A DNA stretch of 63,217 nucleotides, counting the filler, from Choristocarpus tenellus KU-1152 (lineage: Eukaryota > Protista > Phaeophyceae), in assembly GCA_964200185.2 (NCBI GenBank). It is 5 parts of 5 records of this genome, joined end to end, with 100 filler letters (N's around TTAATTAATTAA, not from the genome) between each part and the next. Parts side by side here need not be neighbours in the genome. Positions count along the whole stretch, not along the records: positions 1 to 16,466 come from CAXNAD020000824.1; positions 16,567 to 46,234 come from CAXNAD020000104.1; 3 more parts are not named here. One strand, 5' to 3'. This document shows positions 13,487 through 25,411 of the stretch, one piece after another. Position 1 is the stretch's first letter, and each line of letters starts with the position of its first letter. The translations under genes were made by a program, and so were the position numbers. Under the pieces are notes generated by a model, which saw nothing but the letters and a program-made list of their open reading frames with translations, was not told the origin of the DNA and ran no database searches.

Positions 13487-14708
13487 TGCCCTCAGGCCTC
13501 GAGGGTGTGTTACAAATGGTCTTTCTGCTTGTTGGTTCTCCCCCTTTTGTCTGCTCTGATTTGTCTGTCCTGTCCTGCTGGTCCTAGTGTGCACTGAAGA
13601 GTGTGTATGTCGATAGAGGATGATGAGGACGGTTGGTTATCATCCTTTTTAGTCCGCTGGAATCAGAACACCAAGTGACTTAACTCCACAGCTTTTGCGC
13701 AATTAGAACGAACTCGTCGAAGGCGCTGCGTGTAACTGTGCATAGCATGTGGAGCGCATGGCGCTCTGTACAGTAATGTACAGTGACATGCACTCCACAC
13801 TCTAAATCACAATGCAGTGCTTGGTGAAATGCTGTACTCGTAAGCACTAAAACCCACGTCAAATTCTTGAGAAGGCGTAGTGACCTTGGTATTACCGTAC
13901 CAGGTGTGATGTTTGAAATATCCCCTTTAGGGCGATAGTGGGAATCCGTCCACCTACCATTTTGAAGTAACCCATCTCTACCTGCTGTGCGGAAACACGT
14001 CTACTATGTTACAAAAACAGGGGTCCGAATTCGCCAATCAGGTTCGTGTTTGGAATAGTGTTGCCTTGGCCCCTCCAGCTGGGCTTCATCCACTCATGTT
14101 CTCACTAGTGTGGTGACTAATATACTCCGTAGTAGAGAGAGAGAGACTTCTATTACCCCTAAGGGACTCTTTGTTGCTTTTAGTTGGATAAGATACAAGG
14201 TGCACTGACTATGAACAATCATGTGTCATGGTGGTATGATCTGTTGCCTTGACTAGAGTCGATCGCCTACCATGTTGTGGCAGTTGATGATGCTGCCCTT
14301 TTGAAACTGACTAGACATTAACCACCCTCTCTTGGGTAGTGGGACAATGTTGTTGGCGGTAGATAGTTGCTCTATAGTCGTTAAAGAACTAGCTGCTGGA
14401 TCCTATACACGTAGACGTAGCAATCATATTTGTTTCAAGAATGGGATCCTTTTCAAGGCAGGTTTCAATTATAATGGCACAGGGTCTGTAACAAAAATCA
14501 ATGCAGGGATTGAAAAGTCCCAACTTCTTCCGTGCCAGTGCTCTGCATTACATTGGGCAAGGAAGCTAACCACTCATTCAACTTGCCACTCACAGGGATA
14601 CTACTAAATCACAGCCCACTTTTTACATTATATACACCACCAGGGGTGTCATGCACGCACATACAGGCAAACTGGGCTACCAAAGCTCATTCAATTCTTA
14701 AGTAATTG

Positions 14709-16344
14709 CTAAGAAAGAAGTGCGGCTTCATTATCTGTATGACCTACGGATGGTGCTTGAATCATCTGTGCATTGCTGCTCCCCCCTCCAGTCAGCGGAG
14801 CAGGTTTGAGCCTTTGTTGATCCCTGCTGGCATGGTGGCCCCTGCTACTTGGTGGATATACTGAGGATACTACCCCACCAACACTCTGCTGTTGCAGCTG
14901 CTCAAAGAGTCGTGACATTGCAGAAATGTTGTGGTGTGTCTGCCGCTTCTCCTCCTCGTACCTCTGCAATAAGGCCCTCAAGGTGCTCTCCAGCTGTGTG
15001 TGTGTTTGTGTGTATTTGGTGGATGATGGTATGAGGGATCCAGGTCCAGGAGATAGGTGGTGGAGGGGGGAGGGGAGAGAAAGAAAGGATGTTGATGTTG
15101 ACAGTCTTTGAGAAGAATCGTTAGGTTTTGCCAATTTGGAATGTTCAAGCCCATTAGGTGCATTGACAGGGCAGAGAAGGGAGTTTACTCCTCTGGCATG
15201 ATTGTTGATCAAGTGTTGCACTTTGTAAGTCATATCCTGTGTTCCGATCTCTCGACCCTCCTACACCTTCATCTTCAAGGATTTTCATGTGCAACCTCTT
15301 GAAGCCCTGAATTTTGATTCCCTGCCCTCTCACACAAACGCCTACGTGTCAATAATCATGTCAATCAATCAGCAAAGACAAAAGAAGATGCGCATGAGGT
15401 AAAGGATGAACACATCAATCCCCCCAATCGCTAATGAAGTACAGTACTCCATAGTATTGTCAACATAAACAAAAAAAATTAAAACAGGAGTACCATCAGG
15501 CGATACAGCGTGAAAGGACAAGTGTAATTCTTTCTATTAAAAGGTGCAATACCTCTTTTGATCGGACCTCTCCAGCCTCGAGGCTAGACTTGAGCGCCCG
15601 TGTTGCCTCTTCCCACTCCTTGGCAGCAGCCTGCTCGGAGGCAACACCATGCAAGAGGGCATTGAGGCTCACGGATACCAATGGCACAGTAGAGATTGGT
15701 TGGCAGATAAGTTGTCACTTCTACACCACTTTACAACCTGTGTGTTTCTCCTCAACCAGATCACACAAGTAAAAAACTCCCAAACACTCTATAGCACACC
15801 AAACGCAATTTTCACCCTTTCATAAAAATGTGGCCTGGCAAAGCAACAAAGTGGAGTGTGGTGTGTGTATGCAAAGTGAGAAGAGCCGTCCATAGATTGA
15901 TCCCCACATTGAATACAATGGCAGCATGGGCGTCGTACCCCAATTTACTCCAACCACACAATAGAAACAGCTCCCGATGACAGCTGGAAGGAGAATCTTG
16001 ACACCAATACCTCACCGCAAGGTTCATCTTGACACCAATACCCAATTTCGGTTCATGTACAGTTCTGTGTGCTATTCTTGGTAAGACCACGACTGACTGT
16101 GATCATCCAGTACTTGTTTCATTGTTGACTTGGTCTGATCTACTCTGCAACAGCAGCGCATCGTTAAGACAGAGACAACCTTACCTCTGCAGTCTCCTTC
16201 TCTCTCTCCATAGCCTCTAGTCTGTGAGATAGAGTCTCCTCCTCCTGTCGATGTTGCTCTCGCTCATCCTTCATCTTTTGACGGAGACGTGCCTCCTCTG
16301 TCTCAAACACCGGTTGCATGCTCAATAGCTCGTTCTCTACGTGT
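14709..16344 (-). CDS. Coiled-coil protein of unknown function, 3' portion. Exons 16344-16185, 15630-15553, 14993-14709; the 5' part is lost at the linker gap
   Basis: Phase-compatible AG/GT exons give HVENELLSMQPVFETEEARLRQKMKDEREQHRQEEETLSHRLEAMEREKETAE|AAAKEWEEATRALKSSLEAGEVRSKE|LESTLRALLQRYEEEKRQ...*, an E/K/R/Q-rich helical pattern. Confidence 0.65.
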
Positions 16345-16466
16345 CTGTTGCATTAGGATTGGGCATGGGGCATTGAACAGGGGTGGGGGAGGGGGGGGGG
16401 GGGGACAATGCCATGAGAGGAACAATATGGGTTTTGGAAAAAAGCAAGGGACCAAAGGTTATCAAT

Positions 16467-16566
16467 NNNNNNNNNNNNNNNNNNNNNNNNNNNNNNNNNN
16501 NNNNNNNNNNTTAATTAATTAANNNNNNNNNNNNNNNNNNNNNNNNNNNNNNNNNNNNNNNNNNNN
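16467..16566. other. Artificial assembly linker N44-TTAATTAATTAA-N44
   Basis: The same 100-nt construct occurs four times; the 12-mer places stop codons in all six frames. Confidence 0.97.
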
Positions 16567-16635
16567 CAAAAAAGTGAAAATCGAAAAAAGGGTGAAAAAC
16601 GGACGCCGACACCCCCCCTCAAGATACTTTGACCC
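16567..16635. mobile_element. Right end of an A-related MITE variant
   Basis: ccccccctcaagatactttgaccc, preceded by A-tracts, directly after the gap. Confidence 0.6.
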
Positions 16636-16668
16636 TGTATGTGTCCTACTGTGTTCCTTGTTTTCCAA

Positions 16669-16927
16669 GAGTCAAACCAATTGAGAGGTAGGCACAGTTA
16701 CATTTTAAGGATCCCAAGAAATGCCAAAAAGGATTACATTTTGTACTATTACAGAAATAGGCTTTTCAGAATTGTGGTGTCAGTTTGTGTGTGGAAAGGT
16801 GAATATCAATTATGCATACAAAATAATTCTACACATAAAGGAATGAAATAGAGTGTTGCACAGGGAAGAAAGATGGCTTAGAATGCAAAAAGGTCCAAAC
16901 CTGGCCACCTCTCCATTAGTTTGGCTT
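16669..16927. mobile_element. MITE family D (259 bp)
   Basis: gagtcaaaccaattgagaggt...acctctccattagtttggctt; colinear with 8108-8363. Confidence 0.75.
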
Positions 16928-17331
16928 GGATACTCTAAAACTGTCATCATTGGGATATTGGAAAAACCTTTATTATAACAAACGATTACAGACTCAGTTG
17001 ATGTCATGTTTGTTGTATTCTTGCCTTGCGTGCGTTTTCTTATTCTTTCCTCCATGAAATCTTAAAAAATATCAGTGGGCATTATAGTAATATGACCTTT
17101 GACTTGGTGATCCGCGTCTTTATCGTAGAAGGAGCTTGGCATCATTAAATCCACACAATCTCAAGTTGGATCAGTTGGTCTAGATTTCAATAACCGTAAT
17201 AATAACATTATTTTTGGTAGGTTCTTCAGTATAGTTATTGTTTTGATTAGTTATTTTCGATTGTGGAGGACCCCCAAATGAGATTAATACTCTGGGTCAC
17301 TGACTGCCTGTGGCATAATAGCATCATCTGA

Positions 17332-17873
17332 GTGCCACATGAATTGAGAGGTAGGCAAGTTTGGACCTTTTTGCATCCCAAGCCATCTCCTTGCCACCCT
17401 GTGCAATGCACAATATTTCGTTGCTTTACTTGCACAATATTGTATTATTATGCCCTCTGATATTTTGCAGATGCGTCAGGGGAGAAACCAATGAAAACTA
17501 TACATACGTCGTTATTAGCCCTAAAGAAATCAAATATCCTAAACGTGAGAACACTCTAAAACATTGTAAGCGTGGAAACCACTAATCTATCAGTTACTTC
17601 ACCACTATAAAATATTGTACTACTGTCTTCCNNNNNNNNNNGGGGGGGAGCTAGGGAGGCATCCCAAGAATCCAACAGACCCCTCCGTGCCCATCTCCCT
17701 GGTGACTCTAGTTTGCACAATATTGTGCGCAAAATTGATATTCCCTCTCCACACACAGCATCACACCACGATTCAGCAAAGGCCCTTTCTGTAACTGTAC
17801 AAATTGGCATCTTTTTGCACGTTATCGAGATCCTTAAAGTGTAACCCTACATACCTCTCGGTCGGTTTGACTT
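17332..17873. mobile_element. MITE family D (reversed; 259 bp once the LINE insert is removed)
   Basis: gtgccacatgaattgagaggtagg...acctctcggtcggtttgactt; TSD ctga/ctga. Confidence 0.8.
17444..17712 (-). mobile_element. 5'-truncated copy of the RLE LINE 3' end with (TAA)n tail and 14-bp TSD, inserted in a family-D MITE
   Basis: Encodes LESPGRWARRGLLDSWDASLAP, homologous to 42830-42905. Ends ...gagggcataataat. Flanked by ttgcacaatattgt at 17430-17443 and 17713-17726. Confidence 0.8.
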
Positions 17874-18618
17874 CTGATGCCCCAAAATCTCAGAGAAATA
17901 ATATTTGTTTATCCACTCATAGTATCGGAAGGCACCTATTCTGGGTTCCAGATTGCAAGTGCCACCATATCTATCTGCCAACAATGCCAAGGAGTTCCAA
18001 GTTGTGGGTTAATGTTCCGCACACAACCAAAACTAGTTCAGAATTCTATTACCTCATACCTCGATGCGTAGTGGACGACAACATTTTTTACAAATCAACA
18101 TCTATATGTGCGGGTCTACACGGGTCAGGACTTTCCTCCTTTGGATATTCTGCCGTGTGAAAACATAGGTGATGCACTAGTAAGTTGCAGTATCCATGCA
18201 CTCATCAATGCCACAAGCACGCAGTGTTTGTTGCATTTTTTCTTATCATCCGTGCGCTTCCATTTCCTTCCTGTTTCTAAATATGTACCCATATATCCTT
18301 CCTCCTTCAAAATTCAATACCTCATATATATACCCCACACTAATTCCCTATTATACAGGCATCCAGGAACTCAGATTAACAAGTCTACATCATCGTTCAG
18401 AGAAAGTTTTTGAGGTCACACAAGGGCAGTCTTAAGTCTATGTTCGTCCATTCCATCCTAACGTGGCGTCATGAGACAACATATATATTTACTACTGACT
18501 AAACCAACTAAGAGTCAGGTGGGGTTAAATTTTTAAGGTTCCGAGAAAGGGATAAAATATGTCATTCTGTAAAATTGCAGGCAGAGTATCTTCATCTTTG
18601 TGGTATAAAGAAGTGCGA

Positions 18619-19336
18619 CACTGACTATATATCGTGTTTCATTGTTATGATCCCATGGAAGAAGTGCGACACTCGATTTTTGTTGGCTACTACCTATTAA
18701 CAAATTTTCTTGTTTTGTTCTCATTTTGACGTGCATATGTACGCCAGCCAGTTTCGGAAAAAATGATGCCAACAATGTTTGAAGAACACGCCTGCTTTCA
18801 TCTCTTCCAATAACCTTTTGAACAGATTTAGTGAAGGAGGCAGACTGCATAATGTTTCTCTAGGAATTCCTTGATTGCTTTTCTGGTACAGGGCATGGCT
18901 TCTGAATTATCCGCATTTGTGTTAGAGGGTGGGTGGCTTATTGTTAGGCCTAGCATCACCAAACGGGAGAATAGTTTATGCATGTGGTGTTATATTGATA
19001 GATAGACGTGGTGCAAGACAGAGATGCAAGTGTGAGTATTTTTCACAACCTCTCTTCTGCAGTGACACGCGAGTTTATCGGGGATGTGAAACGTGTATAC
19101 CTCACCTCTCCGTTAGTATGACTCTTGGGGAGGGAAGAAAGGGGTAAGGAGTGTCCTTGACTGATCAGTGCCGTATGAGATCCTATCCTGTTGATATTTT
19201 GTGGAGTGTCACCTCTTCAATAAAGTTCTGACATTTGTGTTCTCTCCAAATGAGAAGAACAAATATATGATGTCTCTCTATGTTGTACCTTGCAACGTAC
19301 ACCTCACTATAGAAATCTCCTCGTTATCAGATTCAG
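18619..19336. repeat. Copy 1 of a near-identical ~720-bp direct repeat
   Basis: Colinear with 28138-28867, differing by roughly a dozen substitutions and two small indels. Confidence 0.95.
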
Positions 19337-22300
19337 ACTTGCTTATCCCATATTTTCTTTGGATTATGGTGAATTCCAGTGTTGCACTTCGCCGCATGAG
19401 CTCTGAGCACTTCAATCTGTCCCAATAGGTAGGAGAAGTGTTACTGCGAGAAATATTGCTGTGCTTCATCAGTTTTTCTATTATCTTTTTATGGAGAACT
19501 TGTAGGATATATATATATCAAGTCTCTAGGTGTAATCCATTTTCTTTTGACTGCACTGCCACGAATCTGTTGTGATAGTAATGCGATGCTCACAATCGGT
19601 CTCGTTACATATCACAGAATGTCTACAGCGTTTGGCTGCGGATGTGGGGGGCGTTGATTTGGCATCTCTCTTGTCATGGGTGCTTTCCATGGCATCATTG
19701 GGGGTGCTGAAAGCATGATAGCGAGAAGACTGCACTGTCTTGTTTGTGAGTTATTTCTGCTGACCCATTCAAATAGGTTTTGGTTGAGTTGCCTGAGATT
19801 TGATGAAGAAACCCTTGGCAGTCTGAGTAGGGTTTATGGTGAAGGCAACATCAACACTAGTAAATAGTGGTGATACCAAAATTCAAAATACAACTGCACA
19901 TGTTCATGTTCCCAAGAAAGTGGGAACTGTAGTGATTACACAGTCATTGTTGGGGAATGGCTACTTGTACAAGACTATGGCATGGGGGAGATGGGTGTGA
20001 GACAGGCTGATGGGGATCGCAATGCATGCAGCCGTCAAGTCAACCAGGAGTCCTCCAGATGCCCTACCCCGAGCCATATACCCTTTCTCCACTACCTGAA
20101 GCACCATCTCTTCCAAAATCACTGCCAAATATCAACCAAACAAAATGTTGTAAATATAGCACCAAAAAGGGCTAAACGTAATCCCTTTGTTGGAAACACA
20201 CAACACCGCGGAAGCCCTCAGTACATCTAACGTAGTATATGGGCATGAAGGCTGAGGAGGGGAGGAAGGGGGAGCCTCTACCTCAGACTAGACAATCATC
20301 GGTATCGTTGTTGTTTGCCTCTCCTCTCCCCCTCGTCGTCTGAACTGTCACCACATCTCCGCTTCCCCCCAATAGATTTCTCGTCCTCCTCCTCTCCCTC
20401 TTCTTCACCGTTGCTCTCCTTGTCCTCAGACCGTTCATCTGACGCCCAGTACTGGACAGACGAAGAGTCTATGATAGATTCTATTTCCACATCTGTCAAT
20501 GTCTCCTCCTCCTCCTCCTCCTCCTCCTCCTTGTTCTCTTCATACCTTTCCTCTTCCTCTGACTGTTCATCCCATGCCCTATTTTGGACAGGAGAGACGT
20601 CCGTGATAGGTGTCTCCACATCTGTTGAGCCATCTGAAATGTTCATTACTGGAGAAACTTCAATTCTCTGAACAGACAGTTCACACGTGAGAGTCAGGGG
20701 AAGAAGTTGAGGTCAGTCAGGGCTTCTTCATACTTTGAAGTATGATGTAGTGTATCTTTGCAGAATATTGATACACCCATTGGCAGTGTTGTATCGGGTC
20801 TTGATGTTTTGGCACTTGTATTCTCGAGACGAGGTTTTGTGACCCCTGGGCCATATGCTGCACTCCATGGATTGTTTACATATAATGAGCCCAGAGAGTG
20901 ATCCGTACATGTCATCAATTCCAGTGCTCCAAAGACAAGACAAGCAATATCTGATTGCCAAATTCTTCAGGAACAGTACATGTTGTATTTCATTATGCAA
21001 CCGTCCTCGCAACCACCTCATTGAAGTCATGTTCATACAATGGAATTTGTGTACATCCAATACGTGTGCATTGATGGATCAACACCCTGAAATGGTTCAC
21101 CATCAACCTCTGGCCTACGAGATACTCCCACCCAACACAGCCTTGACAGTACTCTGCAAGAGACTGGTCCGCCATCCTCCTGTGGTAGGGGTAGGACACA
21201 TCAATGGTGTGAATACCTCCTCTTTGAATGCCGCGTGTCAATGCTTGTGTGTGACGCCCCTAGGAGTCACACTGTGAGCAAATGAACTTATTCACATCAC
21301 AATTCTCGTGCAGGATGGCAATAGTTTGTACTACTTCGAAGTATGTAGGTTGGAATGTCCTCAACATTTGTCTTCACAAGATACAGGAAAGGCTGCCAAA
21401 AGACTGTGGGTATCTACTGAGGGTGAGGTTGAGGTCACAGGGCTGTGTTCATATCGTCAAGTATGCACACCTGACTGTGAAGTGTACCACCGTCTTGCTG
21501 ATGCTCTATCCTCTCATCTGACGGGTCCACCTCCTGCTCCTGCTCCTGCTCCTGCTGTGCCACCAACCTTGTACCACATCGGCAATAGCACTTGGATGAC
21601 CTACCGATATGTTGATCATCCTGATGAGGCAGTAGAAGGGGGTTGAAAAGGGAAACGTCAATATCACAATTTTCCCAACAAAGGAGGTGAAATCGCATCA
21701 GCAGCAGGATTCTGTGGATGCCCAACTTTTCAGTATCGACTTCAAACTTCCTTTCAGCTACATAGCGACTCAGAACACAAGGAATTGATAGTGACACATG
21801 AACGGTGATGAAATATATTGCCTTACTAGTGGTTTGATGGAACTCCGTCTTCATCCAAAATGGAACCTGATTTGTGTACCGGAGATATCCTCATGAAGAA
21901 AACTGAATCTGATTCCATATATCTCTTTCACTTTCAGAGTACAGCAAAGTATCACATTCCACATGATGGACACACACACACAAAAAGAAAGATGACGAAG
22001 ATATATCATGGCAAAGATCAAAGAGGCACAAGCATAGTGCTGATCTGCTCGAAATTGTTTTGCAAACACCTAGACGCACACAGTGAACCTGCCCAGGCCA
22101 TATATCTCACGTCGTTGACTGATCTCTTTAGTCCAGCAGTCCGAGCTCCCTCCTCCTGACAGTTGATACAGGGAGGTTTCTCGTTTAAGAGGGGGGGTGG
22201 AGTGTGCTACAGGCAGGAAAGGTATGTACGATTCTACCTATTGTGGTCCTACCTTCATTGAAAATGTCAAAATGGAAAACTTACACTCCAGCCATCATTG

Positions 22301-22469
22301 GAAGAGAAATCCCCAAATCCCCAAAATATTCCTATCCTGCTTTAACTGTTCAAAGAGACTTTCTGCTTTCAAAGGGTGCTCTAAAATTTGAAACCCAACC
22401 CTAAGTGCTACGGAGGAATATTGATATCAGTGTGAAATATCAAAGTGGGCTACAAGTGAGCTACCTCTA

Positions 22470-22730
22470 GAGCCAAATTATCTTAGAGGGTAGAGCTACG
22501 TCCATTTGGGGGCCAAAATCCAATTTTTCGATTTTGATATAATTTTGGCCATCGTGTTTGTTAGGAAGTGTCAATAGCCATGTTCTGGACACAACCTTTC
22601 ATTAACGTATACATTTTACCTACTCTGAACCATTTTGGAGTAGGAAAATGCCATTAAAAAAAGCATGGGAAGTCAAGCCCCAAAATGGACAAACAGGGCA
22701 ACACTCGTACTCTCTAGGATACTTTCACTA
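22470..22730. mobile_element. MITE family B (261 bp, reversed)
   Basis: gagccaaattatcttagagggtag...gtactctctaggatactttcacta; TSD tcta/tcta. Confidence 0.85.
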
Positions 22731-24971
22731 TCTAGGCACCTGTGCATTTGTTTCCTTTGAGTTCATTGCATTCCGGGCCATACGCATGTACTTTGCACGT
22801 GAATTGGGCTCCATCTTCCACAGTTCCTCACACATCCTGGCAATGCCCCTCTCTTGGGTCTAAGATCAAGGTTGAAAGGTTCAACAAGCGGGGTGTTGCA
22901 TAGTCTGTTACAAAAGATCTTGGCATGTGTGGTGTTTTGTGAACAGCATGTGGAATATTAAAAGAAACTGCATACTCAAGAATATACTCAATCCCTCCGA
23001 TGGAAGGTTCAGTGAGCACTGTGAATCGGAACCAATGATTTCAATACTTTGAAGTAATTGTCGTGAATGGTGTCATTCCCTTGGAGGCCAGGTGCGGAAA
23101 TGCCTGTTCTCAACAGCAGCATTGAAAGGCAGGCACACGAGTCAGTAAGTGGTATGATGCTTAACGATAGCCCTTCCTCCCCTTAGTGGGGAGTGATCTT
23201 TGTCCCTACAGCAGTGAGTGTTGTTTCCTTTGTGCTATATATTTTGATGTACTGCAACACACCCACCGCTTCATCGAAGGTTTGAAGGGTTTCACGGAGT
23301 TTTGAGCAGATGTCCTCCCTGGCGCTAGATGCAAAAGCTCTGAATGCCATGTCCAAAAGATTCTTCTGCCTTCCTCCGTGCTGCTCATCACTGTTCACGT
23401 GCTCCTTCTCTTTCTCCTCCCCCACCTCCCCCTCCTCACCTTTTCCAATACTCCCTGGTGACAATTGTTCCTTTCTCTCCTTCTGTCTGCGGGTCTCATC
23501 TGCCATTCGTTCTACAGTGTAAATGACAATCCCAGCAAAACAGGGCACAGAATACTCATCTCAGTCGGGAAAGTAATCAGAGCCAGCATAAACCATGTAG
23601 ACAAGAAATTCATTACATGGCACATTTGACCCATTCCTTTTGGAGTACGATCGTTCCATATATGAAACTGTGCATTTGGAAATGGTAAATCAAGATGGAG
23701 CGACCTTGAGAGTCATTCTTGAGACACATCATCGAACTTGTCCAGACAACGCTTCACCAATGTGAACATTTTATGGAGCTGTACTCGAAACGCTGTGTAT
23801 AGATCAAGAGAAATCTACGTTGTACTCAAAACATGTGCCAATAGACACTGCAGGTACACACTTGGGATATTGTTGGAATACAGGAAAGGCCTTTGTTTCA
23901 ATCTGTATTCCTAGTGCCTTGCAACTCAAGAAGTGCTATGCCCACATCCAACCAGAAGAATAATTGGGTTTATGGAGTTTGCTAGGTTCTTCACAAGACC
24001 ACCATGATACAGGTGAGCAATGGAGGACACTAGCAGGGAACAAAGGGAATGGGGAAGGCCAACCGGCTGCTGCAGAACGAGGTGATCAAGTTCATGCCGC
24101 AAAGGATGAGGGCTGGTGACACCAATATCCCCTCCATTGGTGGGGTTATGTACGATGGAAAAATCATCACCACCACCTTCACTGCCGTTGGTGCTGCTGC
24201 TGTCACTGTTGTATCCCACCACTCGCATTATCCATTGATTCCTCCTATTCCTCGCCTGTGAAACACAAATCGCGATGAAGTCATATAGAGATGAGATCGT
24301 TATGGTTCAATACCAATATCAGACGTAGCATCACGTTCCTCTGAAAAGACCGATTTCTAGCATTAGAGCTCAAGAATAGCTCTTGTGATATGATTGGGGG
24401 GGTGGTATGTGTGTACACTTGGAATCATTGGTGTCACACAAAGCCCTGGAACATTGTCACCATGATTTCCTAATCCATACAAACAAAAGTAGCTACAGTG
24501 CTGCCTGAGCAGAAGTCTCTTACTTCCCTTGCACAACTTGTAGTTTTGAAATGAAGTATAGCCTGCTGGAATACCTCATCAAGTTGGTGCTGAATCTTGT
24601 GGTGGTTGTTCTGGTGGTGTTGTTGATGGTGGCGCTCCTGTGGATGCAAGTATTGATCCATCAGGGGTTACAGTGATCAATCTCTATTGTGCTAATTGGT
24701 TCATGCCCCATAGGGTTCAGGATAACTCAAGGTATATTGCTATATTGTTTTGCAGCGTATGGTACTGGGTACTCGCAGGTCGTGATTGAAGATGAAGAGT
24801 GGCATAGATCAAGTGTTGATGGTGTGGGATTCAGATGGTGCAGAATGATGAGGGTACTCCAGTAGTGTTGTTACTTCGAGGGAGAACGTCAGCATTCTGT
24901 CCATGATGTGTGAAACAAATCACCCTTATGCAGCGCAAGTCTTATATGGAGTGTATACAGACCTTGGGTGT

Positions 24972-25411
24972 GAGTCAATGTAAACGAGAGGTACCTAGAG
25001 TTGCATTTTGGGGATACCAACAACTGTGTGCGTAATTCGACAATTTTTGAAAATATGTACAGGATATATTCCGAATTGTGTCGAAAGGTTTCAAATAACA
25101 GAGAAATGTTTCCTCTCATGTTCATCTTTGGACTTCATCAATAGAACTATAGGCAAATTGCAAAAGATTGAACAACTGTATCCCATAATGCAAAACAGCC
25201 AAGAAATCGGAACCTCTCGCATACTGGCTCAAAATATCTGGGGTGTGTGTGCCGGCTGTCCATTTGGGGTCAATTTTTTCATGTTGCGATTTATGGGTTA
25301 TTTGGTAGCATACGTCAAGTGGATAATGTAAATGCACTTTTCCTGATTTTGACCCAAATGAAAACCCTGGTGTATACCCCCCCCCCCAGATACTTTGGGT
25401 CACTTTGACTC
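24972..25411. mobile_element. MITE family C (261 bp once the nested family-A copy and its TSD are removed)
   Basis: gagtcaatgtaaacgagaggtacc...acctctcgcatact[A copy]actttgactc; TSD tgt/tgt. Confidence 0.85.
25226..25401. mobile_element. MITE family A (176 bp, reversed), nested in the TIR of a family-C MITE
   Basis: Homologous to 6964-7146 in reverse; TSD act/act. Confidence 0.88.

Larger units (their letters stand above)
17880..23900 (-). pseudogene. Heavily decayed multi-domain coding relic, possibly a large CxC/HMG/SAP (KDZ/Zisupton-like) DNA transposon
   Basis: Frameshifted peptides read by eye: HMG-like EGIARMCEELWKMEPNSRAKYMRMAR (~22770-22850), GIHTIDVSY (~21200), an acidic tail (20296-20646), SAP-like WDRLKCSELMRR (~19400) and Cys clusters CGIDECMDTATY*C and WLCAEH..PWHC (~17980-18220). 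No catalytic core was confidently identified. Confidence 0.3.

Noticed and set aside
14994-15233. N-terminal part of ORF 14709..15233 as coding
   Set aside because: It is pyrimidine- and CA-rich and ends in a good acceptor at 14994, so it is better read as intron.
20315-20671. Ser-rich plus-strand ORF
   Set aside because: It is the antisense shadow of the (GAG)-rich acidic ORF.
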